28,346 bases of DNA from Nitrosomonas europaea (GTDB lineage: Bacteria; Pseudomonadota; Gammaproteobacteria; Burkholderiales; Nitrosomonadaceae), in assembly GCF_900167395.1 (NCBI RefSeq), contig NZ_FUWK01000008.1:43942-72287 (forward strand), given 5' to 3'. This document shows, one piece after another, positions 7,406-16,920 of the stretch; positions within the stretch are counted from its first letter, which is position 1, and every line of letters begins with the position of its first letter. The notes beneath the pieces are model-generated. The model did not search any database, was not told the origin of the DNA, and saw only the letters and a list, made by a program, of their open reading frames with translations. Position numbers and translations under genes: made by a program.

Positions 7406-8674
7406 ATGAAACTAGCTCCCGAGGAGACTGAGAACAAAGACAAGAAAGATACTAATAATCCCGGGATTGTTGTATTTTCTTCACTTTTTCCGCACTCGGG
7501 TCAGCCTAATGCTGGTTTGTTCATTCGTGAACGTATGTTTCGGGTGGGAAAACATCTTCCGCTCGTGGTGGTGGCACCCGTACCCTGGTTTCCATTTCAG
7601 AAAATTCTTCGCAGATGGCGCCCTCATTTCAGACCGGATGCTCCTTATATGGAGCTTCAGGAAAATATTGAGGTTCTCCATCCACGTTTTTTTTCCATTC
7701 CGGGATTTTTTAAGTTTCTGGATGGTTTTTTCATGGCATTAGGCAGCTTGCCTGTTTTGTGGCGGCTCAAGCGACGTTTCGATTTTAAGATTATTGATGC
7801 GCATTTTGCCTATCCGGACGGTTACGCTGCGAGCCTTCTGGGGAGATGGTTCCGGGTTCCTGTCACGATTACCTTGCGAGGCACGGAGGTACGGCTTTCC
7901 CACAGATTTTTATATCGAGATCTTATGCGTTCAGCCATGATACGTGCTGCGAAGATTTTTTCAGTATCGGATTCTTTGAAACAGGTAGCAGTGGCAATCG
8001 GAATCCAGGAAAGCAAAATACTCGTGGTGGGTAATGGTGTGGATCTTGATAAGTTTTGTTGTATTGATCGGTCTGAAGCGCGTAAGAGCCTGGAAATACC
8101 GGAAGATATACCGATATTGATATCGGTGGGTGGGCTTTGTGAGCGCAAGGGGTTTCATCGTGTCATCGCGTGTCTGCCTGACTTGATAAGTACTTACCCT
8201 GGTATTCAATTTTTGATAATCGGTGGTGCAAGTGCCGAGGGTGACTGGACTGAGCGTTTGCAACAGCAGGTTTCTGAATCGGGGTTTGAGAAAAATGTTC
8301 GTTTTCTGGGTGTCATGCCACCAGATCAGTTGAAGATTCCGCTTTCTGCTGCTGATTTATTTGTGCTTGCTACAAGAAATGAGGGATGGGCTAATGTATT
8401 TCTCGAAGCAATGGCATGTGGTTTGCCGGTGGTGACTACTGACGTAGGCGGAAATGCTGAAGTAGTCTGTCGTTCGGAACTGGGTAAACTGGTTCCTTTT
8501 AATGATCAGCAGGCACTTTGCCAGGCAATTGCCAATGCACTGGAAGTAAATTGGGATCGAGAAAAAATAATCATGTACGCTCACGCAAACTCGTGGGATC
8601 AGAGAGTAGCTGTCCTTGTAGAAGAATTTGTGAAGATCACCTGCCAATCTGAGTTGGCGGAACAATATCGTTAA
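7406..8674 (+). CDS. GT4-family glycosyltransferase
   Basis: Motifs are VVFSSLFP....PNAGLFIRER at the N-terminus and NEGWANVFLEAMACGLPVVTTDVGGNAEVV (the GT4 EX7E-type region). Confidence 0.75.
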   Translation: MKLAPEETENKDKKDTNNPGIVVFSSLFPHSGQPNAGLFIRERMFRVGKHLPLVVVAPVPWFPFQKILRRWRPHFRPDAPYMELQENIEVLHPRFFSIPGFFKFLDGFFMALGSLPVLWRLKRRFDFKIIDAHFAYPDGYAASLLGRWFRVPVTITLRGTEVRLSHRFLYRDLMRSAMIRAAKIFSVSDSLKQVAVAIGIQESKILVVGNGVDLDKFCCIDRSEARKSLEIPEDIPILISVGGLCERKGFHRVIACLPDLISTYPGIQFLIIGGASAEGDWTERLQQQVSESGFEKNVRFLGVMPPDQLKIPLSAADLFVLATRNEGWANVFLEAMACGLPVVTTDVGGNAEVVCRSELGKLVPFNDQQALCQAIANALEVNWDREKIIMYAHANSWDQRVAVLVEEFVKITCQSELAEQYR

Positions 8675-8676
8675 CC

Positions 8677-10032
8677 ATGGCTGGTATTTATACACATTTG
8701 ATATCCGGATTCCTGTTCCCGCTTCATGAACACCTCAAGCGGCACGCCAGTGTCAATGTGCGTAAATCCATGGAGCAGACTCAATGGTTTTCTCCTGAAA
8801 AGATCGTGCAGTTACAGACTGAAAAACTGCGTCAGTTGCTCATTCATATAAACACACATGTTCCCTATTACCGCACGCTGTTTGCTGAGTTGGGTTTTCA
8901 ACCGGAGGAAGCTGGTTCACTGGCTGATTTGCAATACCTGCCTTTTCTCGATAAATCAATCATTCGTACACATCTGGAGGAACTCAAATCTGATCAGGCG
9001 CGAGGGCTCGTTCGTTTCAATACGGGAGGATCCAGTGGCGAACCGCTGGTTTTTTTTATCGGCAAGGAACGTGTCAGCCACGATATTGCCGCAAAGTGGC
9101 GAGCTACACGCTGGTGGGGCGTGGATATAGGTGATCCCGAAATCGTTGTCTGGGGTTCTCCGATCGAATTGGGTGCGCAGGATACGTTGCGTTCATGGCG
9201 GGATCATTTGTTTCGCAGCAGATTATTGCCCGCATTTGAAATGTCCGACCAGAAGCTCGATGATTTTCTTGATACGATCCGCAGGTTTCATCCCAAAATG
9301 CTGTTCGGTTATCCCTCGGCTTTGTCGCATATAGCGAAATATGCTGATAAATCAGGTATTAAGATGTCCAATTTGGGAATTCAGGTGGCTTTCGTCACTT
9401 CGGAACGGCTGTATGATGATCAGCGCAGACAAATCAGTGACACTTTCGGCTGTCCGGTTGCAAATGGTTATGGGGGGCGTGATGCCGGGTTCATTGCTCA
9501 TGAATGTCCTGCAGGCGGAATGCATATCACCGCTGAGGATATCATCGTTGAAATTGTCGATTCTAACGGCCATCCCCTTCCATACGGAGAATCAGGCGAA
9601 ATTGTGGTGACTCATCTGGCAAGCAGAGATTTCCCTTTCATTCGTTATCGTACCGGGGATATTGGTATTCTGGATGACAGAACATGTGATTGCGGGCGGG
9701 GATTACCGCTGCTTCGGGAGATACAGGGCCGCAGCACCGATTTTGTCGTTGCGCAGAATGGTACAGTCATGCACGGGCTGGCACTGATTTATATTTTGCG
9801 AGACATGCCGGAAGTAAAAGTTTTCAAAATCATCCAGGAGAGCCTGGATTTCACCCGAGTTCAGGTCGTTGCAGAGACCGGCTTGCATCCGTCGCAGATC
9901 AGCCGGATCACCGAATCGTTTCAAACCAGACTGGGTCGGGATGTAAAGATCAAGGTGGAACAGGTATCTGAAATTCCGGCTGAGAAATCAGGCAAGTTTC
10001 GTTATGTGGTCAGTAAAGTGGCCGGGGTTTGA
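8677..10032 (+). CDS. Phenylacetate-CoA ligase / coenzyme F390 synthetase-like adenylate-forming enzyme (CapK-like)
   Basis: The P-loop-like motif TGGSSGEP, together with YGGRDAG and YRTGD, matches the PaaK/F390 family. The gene starts 3 nt after the upstream glycosyltransferase stop. Confidence 0.7.
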   Translation: MAGIYTHLISGFLFPLHEHLKRHASVNVRKSMEQTQWFSPEKIVQLQTEKLRQLLIHINTHVPYYRTLFAELGFQPEEAGSLADLQYLPFLDKSIIRTHLEELKSDQARGLVRFNTGGSSGEPLVFFIGKERVSHDIAAKWRATRWWGVDIGDPEIVVWGSPIELGAQDTLRSWRDHLFRSRLLPAFEMSDQKLDDFLDTIRRFHPKMLFGYPSALSHIAKYADKSGIKMSNLGIQVAFVTSERLYDDQRRQISDTFGCPVANGYGGRDAGFIAHECPAGGMHITAEDIIVEIVDSNGHPLPYGESGEIVVTHLASRDFPFIRYRTGDIGILDDRTCDCGRGLPLLREIQGRSTDFVVAQNGTVMHGLALIYILRDMPEVKVFKIIQESLDFTRVQVVAETGLHPSQISRITESFQTRLGRDVKIKVEQVSEIPAEKSGKFRYVVSKVAGV

Positions 10033-10033
10033 A

Positions 10034-10654
10034 TTAATCAGTCGATTGCACAAAAGGTATAGGTACTCCCATCCATAACAGTGCAACTACTATCAGCGCG
10101 ATTCCCACACCGGTAGTTCCCACGATCATCCCAGCAATGATGGTCAGACCATCCTTGCTGAGTAACCCCAATGACATGATGAGGATTCCCAGGCCGGGAA
10201 GAAAATTGATCAGGGGGACCGGCAGTGCAATGGAAATCGAGAAAATGAATGAAAAGAGGCCGATGATACGTTCCCAGGCATGTACACTGATGTAAGTCAG
10301 CCGCGGATGCATGTGGCTTTCAATTTTGCGTAACCATGGTGCTGCCTTGGTGATTAATTTGTCCAGTGTTCCCCTTTTTATGGTTTTTTTTGTCAACCAT
10401 TCTGGAATCCACGGCGCTTTCATGCCACATATCATTTGGATCGAGAAAATAAACAGCGGAATGGCAAAAACAGTAGTGTACCCAGGTGGTGCGGGAACAG
10501 GCAGACAGATCGGTAAAGTAGCAATGGCGAGCAGCACGGCAAAGCCACGCTCGTGCAATGAGTTTTTGATTTCGTCCACACTGATCACTGCATTGGTGTT
10601 TTGTACGACGATCAGTTGCAATAGTTCGGATGTATTTTTTTCCTTGTTCTCCAC
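10034..10654 (-). CDS. exoD: Exopolysaccharide synthesis protein ExoD family (membrane)
   Basis: ERGFAVLLAIATLPICLPVPAPPGYTTVFAIPL is the typical ExoD N-terminal signature. Several TM segments are present. Its stop lies 1 nt from the convergent upstream gene stop. Confidence 0.7.
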   Translation of the reverse strand: MENKEKNTSELLQLIVVQNTNAVISVDEIKNSLHERGFAVLLAIATLPICLPVPAPPGYTTVFAIPLFIFSIQMICGMKAPWIPEWLTKKTIKRGTLDKLITKAAPWLRKIESHMHPRLTYISVHAWERIIGLFSFIFSISIALPVPLINFLPGLGILIMSLGLLSKDGLTIIAGMIVGTTGVGIALIVVALLWMGVPIPFVQSTD

Positions 10655-10934
10655 TACCCTCTCCTTGGTTGTGTCGATATAAGATTCAAGGTGCTCAGAT
10701 TGCCGCGATGACTTATTTTGTCGGGTTTTTACAGTCTGAGCAGCACGGCACCCGGCAATTTACCATGTCTTTGACTGTTCTTACGAATCTGTTTCCTGTG
10801 AATGGATGAATATGAGGCATCAAGTCGTAAAGCATTGCGGCAGTTAGCGAGCTGTGGCAATATCGATCAATTGTGACGGCAAATACCGGTTATTTTGAAT
10901 GTTGTCTCTTAGATAGAGGAAAGTAGAGGAGATT

Positions 10935-11411
10935 TTGGATAAATTTATTGAGCAGGTATCGCTTTACATCCAGGAAGCCCCGGTCTGGCCATTTACATTG
11001 CTGGGTTTTATTCTGGTAGTGGGTGTGGCGGTGGATATCATCAATCGCCGGCGCCGTACCGCAGCGGTGGAATATTTTGATTTGGCTTTTCAGGAAGAAC
11101 TGACTGGCTTGTATCCTGCCGCCACCCGCTGGCCGGATGATCTGGCAGCTTATATGCAACCGCGTTTACCCATTCTGCGTGATGCTTTTGAAGTGCTGAG
11201 GAATTTCATTCCGCAGAATCAGTTGCGCGAATATAACGCTGCATGGAACAGGTTTTACCAGTTCTCGCGCACAGGTGGAAACGAGCGGCCAGTCTCCCTG
11301 GAAGATGCTGCACAGGAGCTCGCGGTTAACCAGCCTGATCTACAGCAGCAACAGGCTTTTCAGCAGATGATTTCAGATTTGCTGGCTTTTGCCACGCAAT
11401 TCAAAAAATAA
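10935..11411 (+). CDS. Hypothetical membrane-anchored protein
   Basis: TTG start with GAGGAG 5 nt upstream. There is one N-terminal TM segment (VWPFTLLGFILVVGVAV). No family was recognised. Confidence 0.45.
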   Translation: MDKFIEQVSLYIQEAPVWPFTLLGFILVVGVAVDIINRRRRTAAVEYFDLAFQEELTGLYPAATRWPDDLAAYMQPRLPILRDAFEVLRNFIPQNQLREYNAAWNRFYQFSRTGGNERPVSLEDAAQELAVNQPDLQQQQAFQQMISDLLAFATQFKK

Positions 11412-11498
11412 CCGGATTGCGGTAACAACCGTGAGATCCAACATCCCAGTCATCGGGCGGATTGTCTCGGCCATTCCATTTCTGCCAGGCCAGGGTTG

Positions 11499-12656
11499 AT
11501 GAAAATATCTCCGAGTCGTCAAGTGAAAGGGGAAATAGAAATTATCCCGGTTTCAGGCTTTCGTGGAATTGGAAAATTCATTGATGTTCCCTGGCGACTC
11601 TATGCGGATGACCCTTTGTGGGTACCGCCTCTCCGGCTGGAGCGACGATTGCATCTCTCCAGGTTCAATCCCTATTTCAGGCATGCACAATGGCAAGGAT
11701 GGATTGCCTGTCGTGATAATCAGCCGGTTGGCAGAATCAGTGCACAGATAGATGAACTGTACCAGCAACGCTACGGGACGGATACCGGGCATTTCGGGAT
11801 GCTGGAATCCATTCAGGATGAAGCAGTTTTCAGTCGGCTGATACAAGTAGCCGAAAGCTGGTTGGTTGAACGGGGAGTACGTCAGATCAGCGGGCCGTTC
11901 AATTTTTCTATCAATCAGGAATGTGGCTTACTGGTTCAGGGGTTTGATACACCTCCCGTTTTCATGATGCCTTATTCACCGGAGTGGTATACCAGCCTGC
12001 TGGAACAAAACGGCTATCAGCCTTGCAAGGATTTACTGGCCTACTGGCTGGTAACGGATTTTGACCCGCCTCCTGCCATGCAGGCGATCGATCGTAAGTA
12101 TCGGCATCAGATCCGAATCAGGCCACTGCAACGCAATCGATTCAATGAAGAAATAGAAACCATGCGAGACATATTTAATGATGCCTGGTCTGATAACTGG
12201 GGATTCGTTCCCTTTACGCAGGAAGAATTTGCCGAGCTGGGCAGTTCTTTGCGCTGGCTGGTCCCGGATGAATTTATCCAGATAGCGGAAATAGACGGGA
12301 GGCCCGTCGCCTTCATGGCGGTACTGCCGAATCTGAATGAGGTACTCCCGGCACTGAATGGAAAACTTCTTCCTCTTGGCTGGCTTCACCTGATCAATAA
12401 ACTGAAATCCGCTTCAATTACTACCGGTCGGGTTCCTCTGATGGGTGTCCGCAAGCAATTTCACCATACTCTTGTCGGAATAGCACTGGCGTTCAAAGTC
12501 ATCGATGCTCCCAGAAAAATGGTTAAATCCCGTGGTATCGGGCATGTCGAATTATCCTGGATACTTGAAGACAATCAATCCATGCGTGCGATTCTGGAAA
12601 AAATTGGCGGCAGGGAGTACAAGCGCTATCGTATTTACGATAAGACGCTGGCGTGA
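11499..12656 (+). CDS. GNAT-like acyltransferase-fold protein (large about 385-aa type)
   Basis: ATG at 11499; the listed ORF begins at TTG 11496. This is a long conserved-looking ORF. The C-terminal half (RPVAFMAVLPN...GIALAFKVI...SWILEDNQSM) looks like an acetyltransferase core. The assignment is by recollection. Confidence 0.5.
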   Translation: MKISPSRQVKGEIEIIPVSGFRGIGKFIDVPWRLYADDPLWVPPLRLERRLHLSRFNPYFRHAQWQGWIACRDNQPVGRISAQIDELYQQRYGTDTGHFGMLESIQDEAVFSRLIQVAESWLVERGVRQISGPFNFSINQECGLLVQGFDTPPVFMMPYSPEWYTSLLEQNGYQPCKDLLAYWLVTDFDPPPAMQAIDRKYRHQIRIRPLQRNRFNEEIETMRDIFNDAWSDNWGFVPFTQEEFAELGSSLRWLVPDEFIQIAEIDGRPVAFMAVLPNLNEVLPALNGKLLPLGWLHLINKLKSASITTGRVPLMGVRKQFHHTLVGIALAFKVIDAPRKMVKSRGIGHVELSWILEDNQSMRAILEKIGGREYKRYRIYDKTLA

Positions 12657-12705
12657 TCAGGGTGTAGTCGATCATCAGAAAAATTCAAACACTGTTCCGT
12701 CCGTA

Positions 12706-13524
12706 ATGAGCAATAACGATCAGTTTGCCGCCCTGGTACTGGCAGCCGACCGGGGCAGCCAGGATTCCGTGGCACGGTATGCAGGAACGGTATGCAAGGC
12801 TTATGCTCCTGTTTGTGGTAAACCTATGGTCATTCGTGTGCTCAATGCTCTGAATGATTGCCATAAAATAAAATCGGCCCTTTTATGCGGCCCGCCGGAA
12901 TCACTGCTTTCAGCTTGCGAGGAACTCGAACAGCGTATCGATACCAGGCAGGTGGACTGGATGGAAAATCTGGATTCACCAGCTCGCAGCGCTGCTCACG
13001 GGCTTTCACGTATCGACTCGCAACAACCGGTTTTATTGACTACAGCGGATCATGCACTGCTTACCTCGGAAATCGTGGAATATTTTTTGCAGGTTTCCAG
13101 TAATCTGGAGTGTGACGCGGTTGTCGGGGTCATCAGATATGAAACCCTGCAAGCCCGGTATGGTGATACCCGGCGTACGGTGATACGGTTGCAGGATGGG
13201 AATTTTTGTGGCTGTAATCTATTCGCATTCAATAATGTACGCGGGCGTACGCTGGTGGATTTCTGGCAGCAGGCGGAAGCATTGCGCAAGCGTCCGTGGA
13301 AGCTGATCAGCCGGGTACTGGGCTGGCAGGCTGTGTGGTCATACCTGCTCGGACGTTTGACGCTCGACCAGGCATTGCAGAAAATTTCCGGGAAAACAGG
13401 CGTTCGGGTGTGCCCGGTAATTTTGCCCTTTCCTGATGCCGGCATCGATGTCGATAAAGTAGAAGATCTGCAACTGGTGGAATCCATCCTGATCCGGTCC
13501 GATTCAACACGCCCCTTGATGTAA
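12706..13524 (+). CDS. MobA-like NTP-transferase family protein (nucleotidyltransferase)
   Basis: ATG at 12706 avoids overlap with the upstream gene; the listed ORF starts at 12505. The N-terminal AALVLAADRGS is a degenerate LAGG.S.R nucleotide-binding loop. TTADHALL and the C-terminal IDVD..EDL resemble the NTP_transf_3 family. Confidence 0.55.
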   Translation: MSNNDQFAALVLAADRGSQDSVARYAGTVCKAYAPVCGKPMVIRVLNALNDCHKIKSALLCGPPESLLSACEELEQRIDTRQVDWMENLDSPARSAAHGLSRIDSQQPVLLTTADHALLTSEIVEYFLQVSSNLECDAVVGVIRYETLQARYGDTRRTVIRLQDGNFCGCNLFAFNNVRGRTLVDFWQQAEALRKRPWKLISRVLGWQAVWSYLLGRLTLDQALQKISGKTGVRVCPVILPFPDAGIDVDKVEDLQLVESILIRSDSTRPLM

Positions 13525-13542
13525 GACGGTCGGCTGATTTTC

Positions 13543-14619
13543 ATGAAAATCATTGAAAGGTACATCACACGGGAACTGCTGTTTCCTTTCATCGTGGTGA
13601 CGGTCATCCTGATCGGGCTTTTCGTCAGTTTCAGTGTTGCACGGTTTTTGACCAGTGCCGTGACTGAAACGCTTGGTACTGCCGCCATGTTCAAGCTGGT
13701 CGGATTGAAAACCATCATTGCGCTGGAAGTGCTGGTTCCCATTGCGTTCTATGTGGCGGTCATCTATGGTTTGAGCCGGATGAACCGGGATCAGGAAATC
13801 AATGTACTGCGCACCGCCGGATACGGGGATAACCGGATCATCCGTACCGTTTTCGTGATTGCTCTGCCGATTGCCATTCTCAGCGGGATTCTTTCCGTTT
13901 ATGCCCGTCCGTGGGCTTATGCGGAAAGCTATATCATGGATGCGCAGGCTGAAGCTGAATTGAATACCAACCGGTTCCAGCCTGGAAGGTTTTATGGCAG
14001 TGAAAAAAGCGGTCGAGTGATTTTTATCCGGGGTAAAGATGATCTGGAAAAACGTATGGAAGGCGTTTTCCACTACATCAGAACGACTGAAGATAGAGAA
14101 ATCATTATTTCCAGGGAAGGTTATCAGCAGCCGATGACTGCAGAACAGTGGCCGCATATCGAACTGCGGGAAGGCCAGATCTATCGTCTCAGCTTTGATA
14201 CTGTCAAAGACAGCGCCATTCGTTTTGAGAAGATGATCTATTTCAATGAAAACGATCAGGCTCAGAACTATCGGCGCAAGGCGGCATCTACTCGTTCCTT
14301 ATGGGATTCTGAAGAACCGCGTGAAATTGCAGAGTTGCAGTGGCGGCTTTCACGGCCTGTCGCAACTGTTCTGCTTGCGCTGATCGCCGTTTCTTTTACC
14401 CGCACCGCACCACGCAAAGATAAAACAGACAGAACCTTTCTTGTCGCTGCACTGGTCTTTGCTGTTTATTACAATCTCAGCGGATTAGCCAAGACTTGGG
14501 TGGAGCAGGGCGTGGTAGCCGCCATGCCCGGAGTCTGGTGGGTATATGGATTGCTTATCATAATCGTTATGCTGCGCCTTCCCGAGCTCAGATCTTTATT
14601 GCCTGCAGGAAAACAGTGA
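13543..14619 (+). CDS. lptF: LPS export ABC transporter permease LptF
   Basis: MKIIERYITRELLFPF is the canonical LptF/LptG (YjgP/YjgQ) N-terminus. The topology is TM, periplasmic domain, TM. It pairs with the next gene. Confidence 0.85.
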   Translation: MKIIERYITRELLFPFIVVTVILIGLFVSFSVARFLTSAVTETLGTAAMFKLVGLKTIIALEVLVPIAFYVAVIYGLSRMNRDQEINVLRTAGYGDNRIIRTVFVIALPIAILSGILSVYARPWAYAESYIMDAQAEAELNTNRFQPGRFYGSEKSGRVIFIRGKDDLEKRMEGVFHYIRTTEDREIIISREGYQQPMTAEQWPHIELREGQIYRLSFDTVKDSAIRFEKMIYFNENDQAQNYRRKAASTRSLWDSEEPREIAELQWRLSRPVATVLLALIAVSFTRTAPRKDKTDRTFLVAALVFAVYYNLSGLAKTWVEQGVVAAMPGVWWVYGLLIIIVMLRLPELRSLLPAGKQ

Positions 14620-15683
14620 AGATCTGTCATCGTTATATCGCCTGGCAGGTTTTGACGGGAATGGTTATCGCTACTGCCATCCTGTTACCTCTGTTCAGTT
14701 TTTTTGATTTGCTGGATCAGCTTGATGACGTAGGGAAGGGGACATATACCACCTGGGATGCTTTTCTGTATACCGTCATGCTGATGCCCCGCAGATTCAT
14801 CCAGATTGCACCGTTCATCGCACTGCTGGGGACGGTGGGTGCGCTGGGTGCGCTGGCAGTCAATCTGGAACTGGTGGCGATGCGGGTGGCAGGGCTTTCT
14901 CCCTTGATGATCGGCCTTGCTCCGGTTGGAATTGGAGGATTACTCATTGCCTCGACGATAGCACTGGAGTATTTTGTGGCTCCTCAGTTTCAGCAGCAGG
15001 CAACGATATTGCGGGCAGTTGCACTGGAACAGGGGGCTGAACTGGGTAAGGGGCTCGGTATCTGGACACGAAACGAGCGGAATATATTGCGTATTGGTGA
15101 GATGTTGCATAAAGGGCGTGCTACGGATATCGAAGTCATCCATTTTGATGGAGAGGGATCCATGACCGCTCATGTCCATGCATGGTATGCAGATATTTTT
15201 GATGAGAGTTTATGGAAGCTGCATGACGTCACGATACGTACATTCTCCCCGGATCGCATCACTTCCAGGAAGGCACACATCCTTCAGTGGCATTCGTTTC
15301 TGGGCCCGGACGATATTGCGACACTGACCAAGTCGCCGGAAAGTCTGACGCCAATAGAGCTGGTGAAACATGCTGAATTTTTGAGGGCGACCGGCCAGAA
15401 AGCGGATGCCTACGTTATGGCGTTGTGGCGCAAGGTTGGCGGGGCGATCATGACAATTGCGATGATCCTGGTCGCCATTCCCTTTATCTTCGGCTCTGTA
15501 CGTGAAGGATTGGGGGGTAAACTGATTCTGGCTGCGCTCATGGGGATCAGTATTTACCTGTTTGATCAGATCATTGCCAATATCGGACTGGTATTCCAAT
15601 TGAACCCGATTGTCGTTTCGGTTGTACCCGGAATGGTTCTGATTGCTGTCGCAGCACATTGGCTGTTACGGCGCACTTTTTGA
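14616..15683 (+). CDS. lptG: LPS export ABC transporter permease LptG
   Basis: A GTG start at 14616 overlaps the lptF stop (GTGA). VKICHRYIAWQVLTGMVIATAILLPLFSFFDLLDQL is typical of LptG. The listed ORF start at 14496 would overlap lptF by 124 nt. Confidence 0.85.
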   Translation: MKICHRYIAWQVLTGMVIATAILLPLFSFFDLLDQLDDVGKGTYTTWDAFLYTVMLMPRRFIQIAPFIALLGTVGALGALAVNLELVAMRVAGLSPLMIGLAPVGIGGLLIASTIALEYFVAPQFQQQATILRAVALEQGAELGKGLGIWTRNERNILRIGEMLHKGRATDIEVIHFDGEGSMTAHVHAWYADIFDESLWKLHDVTIRTFSPDRITSRKAHILQWHSFLGPDDIATLTKSPESLTPIELVKHAEFLRATGQKADAYVMALWRKVGGAIMTIAMILVAIPFIFGSVREGLGGKLILAALMGISIYLFDQIIANIGLVFQLNPIVVSVVPGMVLIAVAAHWLLRRTF

Positions 15684-15684
15684 G

Positions 15685-16920
15685 ATGAATATGACTACTG
15701 CTTTCTTCGTTCACATTATCGGCAACAGTAAAACCAGTCTGTGGGGGATGGATGGGCGTACGCGCCTCGAGCGGATGCTGGGAACGATCAAGACGGTTGC
15801 AGTGGTGAAAGAGGTATCACAATTGACCGAAACGGATCCCGTGTTGCTGCTGCGTGCTGACTATCTGTTCGATAGCAGAGTGATCAGTGCGCTGATGGCA
15901 TTGCATGAACCGGCCGTACTCGTGGCTCCTATGGATGAGACTCCGGTTGCGATTCTGATTGACGGGAAAAATGCCGCTGCGATGTGTGAAGTACTGAACG
16001 AAAAAAGACCGGCACCTGACGATCTTCCCGTTCGTACCTTGAAAGACCTCCCGATTCAGGTACAGCAGAATCTGAAGAAGAAGGATCCGCCCTATGTATT
16101 GCCGATCCGGCGTTGTAACCAGGCCGAGCTTGAATCAGAGCTGTTTGCCGCATCCTATAAGGGTGTAACCGATCTGGTCACCAAATGGCTATGGCCCTGG
16201 CCGGCGTTTATGGTAACGCGCCTGTGTGTTCGACTGGGTCTGAAGCCCAATCATGTGACGCTGCTCAGTCTGGTTCTGGCGGTGCTGGCAGGCGTGGCAT
16301 TCTGGTATGGCGCGTTTGGTATCGGCCTGATCATGGCGTGGCTGATGACTTTTCTGGATACGGTCGATGGCAAGCTGGCGCGTGTCACGCTGACATCAAG
16401 CAAGCTGGGCGATGTGCTGGATCACGGTCTGGATATCATTCATCCGCCGTTGTGGTATCTGGCCTGGGGGGTGGGCCTCATGGCCACCGCCACACCTGTA
16501 GCGGATCTCGAATTGCTGGTCTGGCTGATGTTCATTGGCTATGTGGGGGGCCGTCTTTGTGAAGGCGCTTTCCAGTTCTGGCTGGCATCTTTTGATATTT
16601 TCATCTGGCGTAAAGTCGATTCGTTCCATCGTTTGATTACCGCACGGCGCAATCCGAATCTGATCCTGCTGACTGCCGGCTGGATGGCAGATCGGCCGGA
16701 TATCGGATTTATCTTGGTTGTATTGTGGCATCTGCTTTCAACTCTGTTTCTCGCTTACAGATTGTTCGCTGCCTGGCAAAGCCGGTCACAGGATGGTGTG
16801 CTTCATTCCTGGATGGAGAACATCGATCCCGTTCGGGACAGGCAGCAGCTTGCCGTCAGAATATTTACCCGGTTACCTTTTCCCCAACGGTATGTCAATC
16901 CCGCCGCAGATAACGAGTAA
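15685..16920 (+). CDS. CDP-alcohol phosphatidyltransferase family protein with an N-terminal extra domain of about 170 aa
   Basis: ATG at 15685 lies 1 nt after the lptG stop. The signature DTVDGKLARVTLTSSKLGDVLDHGLD matches D.(2)DG.(2)AR.(8)G.(3)D.(3)D. Multiple TM helices follow. The soluble N-terminal domain resembles a degenerate nucleotidyltransferase fold. Confidence 0.8.
   Translation: MNMTTAFFVHIIGNSKTSLWGMDGRTRLERMLGTIKTVAVVKEVSQLTETDPVLLLRADYLFDSRVISALMALHEPAVLVAPMDETPVAILIDGKNAAAMCEVLNEKRPAPDDLPVRTLKDLPIQVQQNLKKKDPPYVLPIRRCNQAELESELFAASYKGVTDLVTKWLWPWPAFMVTRLCVRLGLKPNHVTLLSLVLAVLAGVAFWYGAFGIGLIMAWLMTFLDTVDGKLARVTLTSSKLGDVLDHGLDIIHPPLWYLAWGVGLMATATPVADLELLVWLMFIGYVGGRLCEGAFQFWLASFDIFIWRKVDSFHRLITARRNPNLILLTAGWMADRPDIGFILVVLWHLLSTLFLAYRLFAAWQSRSQDGVLHSWMENIDPVRDRQQLAVRIFTRLPFPQRYVNPAADNE

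Noticed and set aside
12505-12705. N-terminal extension of the nucleotidyltransferase ORF overlapping the GNAT-like gene by about 150 nt
   Set aside because: The extension has no family similarity and overlaps a well-supported frame. The ATG at 12706 begins right before the nucleotide-binding-loop region.
13050-14157. Two long minus-strand ORFs (13050..13742, 230 aa; 13504..14157, 217 aa) antisense to the nucleotidyltransferase gene and lptF
   Set aside because: They are S/T/R/P-rich with low-complexity, antisense-type composition and show no recognisable motifs. They fully overlap plus-strand genes that carry clear family signatures.
14496-14615. Upstream extension of the lptG ORF
   Set aside because: It would overlap lptF by 124 nt. 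The conserved LptG N-terminus begins at the GTG at 14616, which forms a GTGA overlap with the lptF stop.
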